Origin: Eledone cirrhosa
Taxonomy: Eukaryota
Direction of reading: 5' to 3'
Length of the DNA stretch: 64,000 nt
Assembly: GCA_964016885.1 (NCBI GenBank)
Contig: OZ024743.1
Span: 138,570,001-138,634,000, forward strand
The first letter of the stretch is position 1. Each line of letters starts with the position of its first letter. This document shows, in pieces, positions 22,986 through 34,100 of the stretch. Both the position numbers and the translations under genes were made by a program. The notes under the pieces are model-generated. The model was not told the origin of the DNA. It saw nothing but the letters and a program-made list of their open reading frames with translations, and did no database searches.

Positions 22986-25900
22986 GCTTGGTCCTTGGTG
23001 TTTGGTGTTTGGTGCTTGGTGCTTGGTGTTTGGTGTTATACGCTTGGTGTTTGATGCTTGGTGCTTTGTGCTTGGTGTTTGGTGTTTGGTGTTTGTACTT
23101 GGTGCTTGGTGCTTGGTGCTTGGTGTTTGGTGCTTGGTGTTTGGTGCTTGGTGTTTGGTGCTTGGTGCTTGGTGCTTGGTGTTTGGTGGTTGGTGTTTGG
23201 TGCTTGGTGTTAGGTGTTTGGTGCTTGGTGCTTGGTGTTTGGTGTTTGGTGCTTGGTGTTTGGTGTTTGGTGCTTGGTGTTTGGTGCTTGGTACTTGGTG
23301 CTTGGTGCTTGGTGTTAGGTGTTTGGTGCTTGGTGTTTGGTGCTTGGTGTTTGGTGCTTGGTGCTTGGTGCTTGGTGCTTGGTGTTTGGTGGTTGGTGTT
23401 TAGTGCTTGGTGTTAGTTGTTTGGTGCTTGGTGCTTGGTGTTTGGTGTTTGGTGCTTGGTGTTTGGTGTTTGGTGCTTGGTGTTTGGTGCTTTTTGCTTG
23501 GTGCTTGGTGCTTGGTGTTTGGTGCTTGGTGCTTGGTGTTTGGTGCTGGGTGCTTGGTGTTTGGTGTTTGGTGTTATATGCTTGGTATTTGATGCTTGGT
23601 GCTTGGTGCTTGGTGTTTGGTGTTTGGTGCTTGGTGTTTGATGCTTGGTGCTTGGTGCTTGGTGTTTGGTGCTTGGTGCTTGGTGTTTGGTGCTTGGTGC
23701 TTGGTGTTTGGTGCTTGGTGTTTGGTGCTTGATGTTTGGTGCTTGGTGCTTGGTGCTTGGTGCTTGGTGTTTGGTGGTTGGTGCTTGGTGCTTGGTGTTA
23801 GGTGTTTGGTGCTTGGTGCTTGGTGTTTGGTGTTTGGTGCTTGGTGTTTGGTGTTTGGTGCTTGCTGCTGGCTGCTTGGTGTTTGGTGCTTGGTGATTGG
23901 TGCTTGGTGTTTGGTGCTTGGTGTTTGGTGTTTGGTGCTAGGTGCTTGGTGTTTGGTGCTTGGTGCTTGGTGTTTGTACTTGGTGTTGGTGCTTGGTTCT
24001 TGGTGTTTGGTGCTTGGTGCTTGGTGTTTGGTGCTTGGTGCTTGGTGTTTGGTGCTTGGTGTTTGGTGCTTGGTGTTTGGTGCTTGGTTCTTGGTGCTTG
24101 GTGTTTGGTGCTTGGTGTTTGGTGCTTGGTGTTAGGTGTTTGGTGCTTGGTGTTTGGTGCTTGGTACTTGGTGCTTGGTGCTTTGTGTTAGGTGTTTGGT
24201 GCTTGGTGTTTGGTATCTGGTTTTTGGTGCTTGGTGCTTGGTGTTTGGTGCTTGCTGCTGGCTGCTTGGTGTTTGGTGCTTGGTGATTGGTGCTTGGTGT
24301 TTGGTGCTTGGTGTTTGGTGTTTGGTGCAAGATGCTTGGTGTTTGGTGCTTGGTGCTTGGTGTTTGTACTTGGTGCTTGGTGCTTGGTTCTTGGTGTTTG
24401 GTGCTTGGTGCTTGGTGTTTGGTGCTTGGTGCTTGGTGTTTGGTGCTTGGTGTTTGGTGCTTGGTGCTTGGTGCTTGGTGTTTGTACTTGGTGCTTGGTG
24501 CTTGGTGTTTGGTTCTTGGTTCTTGGTGTTTGGTACTTGGTGCTTGGTGCTTGGTGCTTGATGTTTGGTGTTTGGTGGTTGGTGTTTGGTGCTTGGTGCT
24601 TGGTGCTTGGTGTTAGGTGTTTGGTGCTTGGTCCTTGGTGTTTGGTGCTTGGTGTTTGGTGTTTGCTGTCTGCTTTTTGGTGTTTAGTGTTTGCTGTATG
24701 GTGTTTGGTGTTTGCTGTTTGGTGTTTGGTCTTTGGTGCTTGGTGTTTGGTGCTTGGTGCTTGGTGTTTGGTGTTTGGTGCTTGGTGCTTGGTGTTTGGT
24801 GTTATATGCTTGGTGTTTGATGCTTGGTGCTTGGTGCTTGGTGTTTGGTGTTTGGTGTTTGTACTTGGTGCTTGGTGCTTGGTGCTTGGTGTTTGGTGCT
24901 TGGTGTTTGGTGCTTGGTGCTTGGTGCTTGGTGCTTGGTGCTTGGTGTTTGGTGGTTGGTGTTTGGTGCTTGGTGTTAGGTGTTTGGTGCTTGGTGCTTG
25001 GTGTTTGGTGTTTGGTGCTTGGTGTTTGGTGTTTGGTGCTTGGTGTTTGGTGCTTGGTACTTGGTGCTTGGTGCTTGGTGTTAGGTGTTTGGTGCTTGGT
25101 GTTTGGTGCTTGGTGTTTGGTGCTTGGTGCTTGGTGCTTGGTGTTTGGTGTTTGGTGTTATATGCTTGGTGTTTGATGCTTGGTGCTTGGTGCTTGGTGT
25201 TTGGTGTTTGGTGCTTGGTGTTTGATGCTTGGTGCTTGGTGCTTGGTGTTTGGTGCTTGGTGCTTGGTGTTTGGTGCTTGGTGCTTGGTGTTTGGTGTTT
25301 GGTGCTTGGTGTTTGGTGCTTGGTGCTTGGTGCTTGGTGCTTGGTGTTTGGTGGTTGGTGCTTGGTGCTTGGTGTTAGGTGTTTGGTGCTTGGTGCTTGG
25401 TGTTTGGTGTTTGGTGCTTGGTGTTTGGTGTTTGGTGCTTGGTGTTTGGTGCTTGGTACTTGGTGCTTGGTGCTTGGTGTTAGGTGTTTGGTGCTTGGTG
25501 TTTGGTGTCTGGTTTTTGGTGCTTGGTGCTTGGTGTTTGGTGCTTGCTGCTGGCTGCTTGGTGTTTGGTGCCTGGTGATTGGTGCTTGGTGTTTGGTGCT
25601 TGGTGTTTTGTGTTTGGTGCTTGGTATTTGGTGCTTGGTGCTTGGTGTTTGTACTTGGTGCTTGGTGCTTCGTGTTTGGTTCTTGGTTCTTGGTGTTTGG
25701 TGTTTGGCGATTGGTGTTTGGTGCTTGGTGCTTGGTGTTTGGTGCCTGGTGCTTGGTGCTTGGTGCTTGGTGTTTCGTGTTTGGTGCTTGGTGCTTGGAG
25801 TTTGGTGTTTGGTGCTTGGTGCTTGGTGTTTTGTGTTTGGTGCTTGGTGTTTGATGCTTGGTGCTTGGTGCTTGGTGTTTTGTGTTTGGTGCTTGGTTCT

Positions 25901-28170
25901 TGGTGTTTGGTGCTTGGTGCTTGGTGCTTGGTGTTTGTACTTGGTGCTTGGTTCTTGGTGTTTGGTTCTTGGTTCTTGGTGTTTGGTACTTGGTGCTTGG
26001 TGCTTGGTGCTTGATGTTTGGTGTTTGGTGGTTGGTGTTTGGTGCTTGGTGCTTGGTGCTTGGTGTTAGGTGTTTGGTGCTTGGTCCTTGGTGTTTGGTG
26101 CTTGGTGTTTGGTGTTTGCTGTCTGCTTTTTGGTGTTTAGTGTTTGCTGTATGGTGTTTGGTGTTTGCTGTTTGGTGTTTGGTCTTTGGTGCTTGGTGTT
26201 TGGTGCTTGGTGCTTGGTGTTTGGTGTTTGGTGCTTGGTGCTTGGTGTTTGGTGTTATATGCTTGGTGTTTGATGCTTGGTGCTTTGTGCTTGGTGTTTG
26301 GTGTTTGGTGTTTGTACTTGGTGCTTGGTGCTTGGTGCTTGGTGTTTGGTGCTTGGTGTTTGGTGCTTGGTGCTTGGTGCTTGGTGCTTGGTGCTTGGTG
26401 TTTGGTGGTTGGTGTTTGGTGCTTGGTGTTAGGTGTTTGGTGCTTGGTGCTTGGTGTTTGGTGTTTGGTGCTTGGTGTTTGGTGTTTGGTGCTTGGTGTT
26501 TGGTGCTTGGTACTTGGTGCTTGGTGCTTGGTGTTAGGTGTTTGGTGCTTGGTGTTTGGTGCTTGGTGTTTGGTGCTTGGTGCTTGGTGCTTGGTGCTTG
26601 GTGTTTGGTGGTTGGTGTTTAGTGCTTGGTGTTAGTTGTTTGGTGCTTGGTGCTTGGTGTTTGGTGTTTGGTGCTTGGTGTTTGGTGTTTGGTGCTTGGT
26701 GTTTGGTGCTTTTTGCTTGGTGCTTGGTGCTTGGTGTTTGGTGCTTGGTGCTTGGTGTTTGGTGCTGGGTGCTTGGTGTTTGGTGTTTGGTGTTATATGC
26801 TTGGTGTTTGATGCTTGGTGCTTGGTGCTTGGTGTTTGGTGTTTGGTGCTTGGTGTTTGATGCTTGGTGCTTGGTGCTTGGTGTTTGGTGCTTGGTGCTT
26901 GGTGTTTGGTGCTTGGTGCTTGGTGTTTGGTGCTTGGTGTTTGGTGCTTGATGTTTGGTGCTTGGTGCTTGGTGCTTGGTGCTTGGTGTTTGGTGGTTGG
27001 TGCTTGGTGCTTGGTGTTAGGTGTTTGGTGCTTGGTGCTTGGTGTTTGGTGTTTGGTGCTTGGTGTTTGGTGTTTGGTGCTTGCTGCTGGCTGCTTGGTG
27101 GTTGGTGCTTGGTGATTGGTGCTTGGTGTTTGGTGCTTGGTGTTTGGTGTTTGGTGCTAGGTGCTTGGTGTTTGGTGCTTGGTGCTTGGTGTTTGTACTT
27201 GGTGCTAGGTGCTTGGTTCTTGGTGTTTGGTGCTTGGTGCTTGGTGTTTGGTGCTTGGTGCTTGGTGTTTGGTGCTTGGTGTTTGGTGCTTGGTGTTTGG
27301 TGCTTGGTTCTTGGTGCTTGGTGTTTGGTGCTTGGTGTTTGGTGCTTGGTGTTAGGTGTTTGGTGCTTGGTGTTTGGTGCTTGGTACTTGGTGCTTGGTG
27401 CTTGGTGTTAGGTGTTTGGTGCTTGGTGTTTGGTGTCTGGTTTTTGGTGCTTGGTGCTTGGTGTTTGGTGCTTGCTGCTGGCTGCTTGGTGTTTGGTGCT
27501 TGGTGATTGGTGCTTGGTGTTTGGTGCTTGGTGTTTGGTGTTTGGTGCTAGATGCTTGGTGTTTGGTGCTTGGTGCTTGGTGTTTGTACTTGGTGCTTGG
27601 TGCTTGGTTCTTGGTGTTTGGTGCTTGGTGCTTGGTGTTTGGTGCTTGGTGCTTGGTGTTTGGTGCTTGGTGTTTGGTGCTTGGTGCTTGGTGCTTGGTG
27701 TTTGTACTTGGTGTTTGGTGCTTGGTGTTTGGTTCTTGGTTCTTGGTGTTTGGTACTTGGTGCTTGGTGCTTGGTGCTTGATGTTTGGTGTTTGGTGGTT
27801 GGTGTTTGGTGCTTGGTGCTTGGTGCTTGGTGTTAGGTGTTTGGTGCTTGGTCCTTGGTGTTTGGTGCTTGGTGTTTGGTGTTTGCTGTCTGCTTTTTGG
27901 TGTTTAGTGTTTGCTGTATGGTGTTTGGTGTTTGCTGTTTGGTGTTTGGTCTTTGGTGCTTGGTGTTTGGTGCTTGGTGCTTGGTGTTTGGTGTTTGGTG
28001 CTTGGTGCTTGGTGTTTGGTGTTATATGCTTGGTGTTTGATGCTTGGTGCTTGGTGCTTGGTGTTTGGTGTTTGGTGTTTGTACTTGGTGCTTGGTGCTT
28101 GGTGCTTGGTGTTTGGTGCTTGGTGTTTGGTGCTTGGTGCTTGGTGCTTGGTGCTTGGTGCTTGGTGTTT
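22480..28170. repeat. Duplicated block at 3219/3220-bp offset
   Basis: ORFs 22851/26070, 23319/26538 and 23596/26815 give 3219; 24136/27356 and 24617/27837 give 3220 after a private 1-bp deletion at ~23985. Confidence 0.88.
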
Positions 28171-31100
28171 GGTGGTTGGTGTTTGGTGCTTGGTGCTTGG
28201 TGTTTGGTGTTTGGTGCTTGGTGTTTGGTGTTTGGTGCTTGGTGTTTGGTGCTTGGTACTTGGTGCTTGGTGCTTGGTGTTAGGTGTTTGGTGCTTGGTG
28301 TTTGGTGCTTGGTGTTTGGTGCTTGGTGCTTGGTGCTTGGTGCTTGGTGTTTGGTGGTTGGTGTTTGGTGCTTGGTGTTAGGTGTTTGGTGCTTGGTGCT
28401 TGGTGTTTGGTGTTTGGTGCTTGGTGTTTGGTGTTTGGTGCTTGGTGTTTGGTGCTTTTTGCTTGGTGCTTGGTGCTTGGTGTTTGGTGCTTGGTTCTTG
28501 GTGTTTGGTGCTGGGTGCTTGGTGTTTGGTGTTTGGTGTTATATGCTTGGTGTTTGATGCTTGGTGCTTGGTGCTTGGTGTTTGGTGTTTGGTGCTTGGT
28601 GTTTGATGCTTGGTGCTTGGTGCTTGTTGTTTGGTGCTTGGTGCTTGGTGTTTGGTGCTTGGTGCTTGGTGTTTGGTGTTTGGTGCTTGGTGTTTGGTGC
28701 TTGGTGCTTGGTGCTTGGTGCTTGGTGTTTGGTGGTTGGTGCTTGGTGCTTGGTGTTAGGTGTTTGGTGCTTGGTGCTTGGTGTTTGGTGTTTGGTGCTT
28801 GGTGTTTGGTGCTTGGTGTTTGGTGCTTGATGTTTGGTGCTTGGTGCTTGGTGCTTGGTGCTTGGTGTTTGGTGGTTGGTGCTTGGTGCTTGGTGTTAGG
28901 TGTTTGGTGCTTGGTGCTTGGTGTTTGGTGTTTGGTGCTTGGTGTTTGGTGTTTGGTGCTTGCTGCTGGCTGCTTGGTGTTTGGTGCTTGGTGATTGGTG
29001 CTTGGTGTTTGGTGCTTGGTGTTTGGTGTTTGGTGCTAGGTGCTTGGTGTTTGGTGCTTGGTGCTTGGTGTTTGTACTTGGTGCTTGGTGCTTGGTTCTT
29101 GGTGTTTGGTGCTTGGTGCTTGGTGTTTGGTGCTTGGTGCTTGGTGTTTGGTGCTTGGTGTTTGGTGCTTGGTGTTTGGTGCTTGGTTCTTGGTGCTTGG
29201 TGTTTGGTGCTTGGTGTTTGGTGCTTGGTGTTAGGTGTTTGGTGCTTGGTGTTTGGTGCTTGGTACTTGGTGCTTGGTGCTTTGTGTTAGGTGTTTGGTG
29301 CTTGGTGTTTGGTGTCTGGTTTTTGGTGCTTGGTGCTTGGTGTTTGGTGCTTGCTGCTGGCTGCTTGGTGTTTGGTGCTTGGTGATTGGTGCTTGGTGTT
29401 TGGTGCTTGGTGTTTGGTGTTTGGTGCTAGATGCTTGGTGTTTGGTGCTTGGTGCTTGGTGTTTGTACTTGGTGCTTGGTGCTTGGTTCTTGGTGTTTGG
29501 TGCTTGGTGCTTGGTGTTTGGTGCTTGGTGCTTGGTGTTTGGTGCTTGGTGTTTGGTGCTTGGTGCTTGGTGCTTGGTGTTTGTACTTGGTGCTTGGTGC
29601 TTGGTGTTTGGTTCTTGGTTCTTGGTGTTTGGTACTTGGTGCTTGGTGCTTGGTGCTTGATGTTTGGTGTTTGGTGGTTGGTGTTTGGTGCTTGGTGCTT
29701 GGTGCTTCGTGTTAGTTGTTTGGTGCTTGGTCCTTAGTGTTTGGTGCTTGGTGTTTGGTGTTTGCTGTCTGCTTTTTGGTGTTTAGTGTTTGCTGTATGG
29801 TGTTTGGTGTTTGCTGTTTGGTGTTTGGTCTTTGGTGCTTGGTGTTTGGTGCTTGGTGCTTGGTGTTTGGTGTTTGGTGCTTGGTGCTTGGTGTTTGGTG
29901 TTATATGCTTGGTGTTTGATGCTTGGTGCTTGGTGCTTGGTGTTTGGTGTTTGGTGTTTGTACTTGCTGCTTGGTGCTTGGTGCTTGGTGTTTGGTGCTT
30001 GGTGTTTGGTGCTTGGTGCTTGGTGCTTGGTGCCTGGTGCTTGGTGTTTGGTGTTTGGTGCTTGGTGTTTGGTGTTTGGTGCTTGGTGTTTGGTGCTTGG
30101 TACTTGGTGCTTGGTGCTTGGTGTTAGGTGTTTGGTGCTTGGTGTTTGGTGCTTGGTGTTTGGTGCTTGGTGCTTGGTGCTTGGTGCTTGGTGTTTGGTG
30201 GTTGGTGTTTGGTGCTTGGTGTTAGGTGTTTGGTGCTTGGTGCTTGGTGTTTGGTGTTTGGTGCTTGGTGTTTGGTGTTTGGTGCTTGGTGTTTGGTGCT
30301 TTTTGCTTGGTGCTTGGTGCTTGGTGTTTGGTGCTTGGTTCTTGGTGTTTGGTGCTGGGTGCTTGGTGTTTGGTGTTTGGTGTTATATGCTTGGTGTTTG
30401 ATGCTTGGTGCTTGGTGCTTGGTGTTTGGTGTTTGGTGCTTGGTGTTTGATGCTTGGTGCTTGGTGCTTGGTGTTTGGTGCTTGGTGCTTGGTGTTTGGT
30501 GCTTGGTGCTTGGTGTTTGGTGTTTGGTGCTTGGTGCTTGGTGCTTGGTGTTTGGTGGTTGGTGCTTGGTGCTTGGTGTTAGGTGTTTGGTGCTTGGTGC
30601 TTGGTGTTTGGTGTTTGGTGCTTGGTGTTTGGTGTTTGGTGCTTGGTGTTTGGTGCTTGGTACTTGGTGCTTGGTGCTTGGTGTTAGGTGTTTGGTGCTT
30701 GGTGTTTGGTGTCTGGTTTTTGGTGCTTGGTGCTTGGTGTTTGGTGCTTGCTGCTGGCTGCTTGGTGTTTGGTGCCTGGTGATTGGTGCTTGGTGTTTGG
30801 TGCTTGGTGTTTTGTGTTTGGTGCTTGGTATTTGGTGCTTGGTGCTTGGTGTTTGTACTTGGTGCTTGGTGCTTGGTGTTTGGTTCTTGGTTCTTGGTGT
30901 TTGGTGTTTGGCGATTGGTGTTTGGTGCTTGGTGCTTGGTGTTTGGTGCCTGGTGCTTGGTGCTTGGTGCTTGGTGTTTCGTGTTTGGTGCTTGGTGCTT
31001 GGAGTTTGGTGTTTGGTGCTTGGTGCTTGGTGTTTTGTGTTTGGTGCTTGGTGTTTGATGCTTGGTGCTTGGTGCTTGGTGTTTTGTGTTTGGTGCTTGG

Positions 31101-34100
31101 TTCTTGGTGTTTGGTGCTTGGTGCTTGGTGCTTGGTGTTTGTACTTGGTGCTTGGTTCTTGGTGTTTGGTTCTTGGTTCTTGGTGTTTGGTACTTGGTGC
31201 TTGGTGCTTGGTGCTTGATGTTTGGTGTTTGGTGGTTGGTGTTTGGTGCTTGGTGCTTGGTGCTTGGTGTTAGGTATTTGGTGCTTGGTCCTTGGTGTTT
31301 GGTGCTTGGTGTTTGGTGTTTGCTGTCTGCTTTTTGGTGTTTAGTGTTTGCTGTATGGTGTTTGGTGTTTGCTGTTTGGTGTTTGGTCTTTGGTGCTTGG
31401 TGTTTGGTGCTTGGTGCTTGGTGTTTGGTGTTTGGTGCTTGGTGCTTGGTGTTTGGTGTTATATGCTTGGTGTTTGATGCTTGGTGCTTTGTGCTTGGTG
31501 TTTGGTGTTTGGTGTTTGTACTTGGTGCTTGGTGCTTGGTGCTTGGTGCTTGGTGCTTGGTGTTTGGTGGTTGGTGTTTGGTGCTTGGTGTTAGGTGTTT
31601 GGTGCTTGGTGCTTGGTGTTTGGTGTTTGGTGCTTGGTGTTTGGTGTTTGGTGCTTGGTGTTTGGTGCTTGGTACTTGGTGCTTGGTGCTTGGTGTTAGG
31701 TGTTTGGTGCTTGGTGTTTGGTGCTTGGTGTTTGGTGCTTGGTGCTTGGTGCTTGGTGCTTGGTGTTTGGTGGTTGGTGTTTAGTGCTTGGTGTTAGTTG
31801 TTTGGTGCTTGGTGCTTGGTGTTTGGTGTTTGGTGCTTGGTGTTTGGTGTTTGGTGCTTGGTGTTTGGTGCTTTTTGCTTGGTGCTTGGTGCTTGGTGTT
31901 TGGTGCTTGGTGCTTGGTGTTTGGTGCTGGGTGCTTGGTGTTTGGTGTTTGGTGTTATATGCTTGGTCTTTGATGCTTGGTGCTTGGTGCTTGGTGTTTG
32001 GTGTTTGGTGCTTGGTGTTTGATGCTTGGTGCTTGGTGCTTGGTGTTTGGTGCTTGGTGCTTGGTGTTTGGTGCTTGGTGCTTGGTGTTTGGTGCTTGGT
32101 GTTTGGTGCTTGATGTTTGGTGCTTGGTGCTTGGTGCTTGGTGCTTGGTGTTTGGTGGTTGGTGCTTGGTGCTTGGTGTTAGGTGTTTGGTGCTTGGTGC
32201 TTGGTGTTTGGTGTTTGGTGCTTGGTGTTTGGTGTTTGGTGCTTGCTGCTGGCTGCTTGGTGGTTGGTGCTTGGTGATTGGTGCTTGGTGTTTGGTGCTT
32301 GGTGTTTGGTGTTTGGTGCTAGGTGCTTGGTGTTTGGTGCTTGGTGCTTGGTGTTTGTACTTGGTGCTAGGTGCTTGGTTCTTGGTGTTTGGTGCTTGGT
32401 GCTTGGTGTTTGGTGCTTGGTGCTTGGTGTTTGGTGCTTGGTGTTTGGTGCTTGGTGTTTGGTGCTTGGTTCTTGGTGCTTGGTGTTTGGTGCCTGGTGC
32501 TTGGTGCTTGGTGCTTGGTGTTTCGTGTTTGGTGCTTGGTGCTTGGAGTTTGGTGTTTGGTGCTTGGTGCTTGGTGTTTTGTGTTTGGTGCTTGGTGTTT
32601 GATGCTTGGTGCTTGGTGCTTGGTGTTTTGTGTTTGGTGCTTGGTTCTTGGTGTTTGGTGCTTGGTGCTTGGTGCTTGGTGTTTGTACTTGGTGCTTGGT
32701 TCTTGGTGTTTGGTTCTTGGTTCTTGGTGTTTGGTACTTGGTGCTTGGTGCTTGGTGCTTGATGTTTGGTGTTTGGTGGTTGGTGTTTGGTGCTTGGTGC
32801 TTGGTGCTTGGTGTTAGGTATTTGGTGCTTGGTCCTTGGTGTTTGGTGCTTGGTGTTTGGTGTTTGCTGTCTGCTTTTTGGTGTTTAGTGTTTGCTGTAT
32901 GGTGTTTGGTGTTTGCTGTTTGGTGTTTGGTCTTTGGTGCTTGGTGTTTGGTGCTTGGTGCTTGGTGTTTGGTGTTTGGTGCTTGGTGCTTGGTGTTTGG
33001 TGTTATATGCTTGGTGTTTGATGCTTGGTGCTTTGTGCTTGGTGTTTGGTGTTTGGTGTTTGTACTTGGTGCTTGGTGCTTGGTGCTTGGTGTTTGGTGC
33101 TTGGTGTTTGGTGCTTGGTGCTTGGTGCTTGGTGCTTGGTGCTTGGTGTTTGGTGGTTGGTGTTTGGTGCTTGGTGTTAGGTGTTTGGTGCTTGGTGCTT
33201 GGTGTTTGGTGTTTGGTGCTTGGTGTTTGGTGTTTGGTGCTTGGTGTTTGGTGCTTGGTACTTGGTGCTTGGTGCTTGGTGTTAGGTGTTTGGTGCTTGG
33301 TGTTTGGTGCTTGGTGTTTGGTGCTTGGTGCTTGGTGCTTGGTGCTTGGTGTTTGGTGGTTGGTGTTTAGTGCTTGGTGTTAGTTGTTTGGTGCTTGGTG
33401 CTTGGTGTTTGGTGTTTGGTGCTTGGTGTTTGGTGTTTGGTGCTTGGTGTTTGGTGCTTTTTGCTTGGTGCTTGGTGCTTGGTGTTTGGTGCTTGGTGCT
33501 TGGTGTTTGGTGCTGGGTGCTTGGTGTTTGGTGTTTGGTGTTATATGCTTGGTGTTTGATGCTTGGTGCTTGGTGCTTGGTGTTTGGTGTTTGGTGCTTG
33601 GTGTTTGATGCTTGGTGCTTGGTGCTTGGCGTTTGGTGCTTGGTGCTTGGTGTTTGGTGCTTGGTGCTTGGTGTTTGGTGCTTGGTGTTTGGTGCTTGAT
33701 GTTTGGTGCTTGGTGCTTGGTGCTTGGTGCTTGGTGTTTGGTGGTTGGTGCTTGGTGCTTGGTGTTAGGTGTTTGGTGCTTGGTGCTTGGTGTTTGGTGT
33801 TTGGTGCTTGGTGTTTGGTGTTTGGTGCTTGCTGCTGGCTGCTTGGTGGTTGGTGCTTGGTGATTGGTGCTTGGTGTTTGGTGCTTGGTGTTTGGTGTTT
33901 GGTGCTAGGTGCTTGGTGTTTGGTGCTTGGTGCTTGGTGTTTGTACTTGGTGCTAGGTGCTTGGTTCTTGGTGTTTGGTGCTTGGTGCTTGGTGTTTGGT
34001 GCTTGGTGCTTGGTGTTTGGTGCTTGGTGTTTGGTGCTTGGTGTTTGGTGCTTGGTTCTTGGTGCTTGGTGTTTGGTGCTTGGTGTTTGGTGCTTGGTGT

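Noticed and set aside
23938-24330. Only minus-strand ORF (130 aa, TKHQAPS/TPN repeats), superficially mucin-like
   Set aside because: It exists only because a private TAGATGC->AAGATGC substitution creates CAA (a TTG start on the minus strand); otherwise it is the reverse translation of the satellite.
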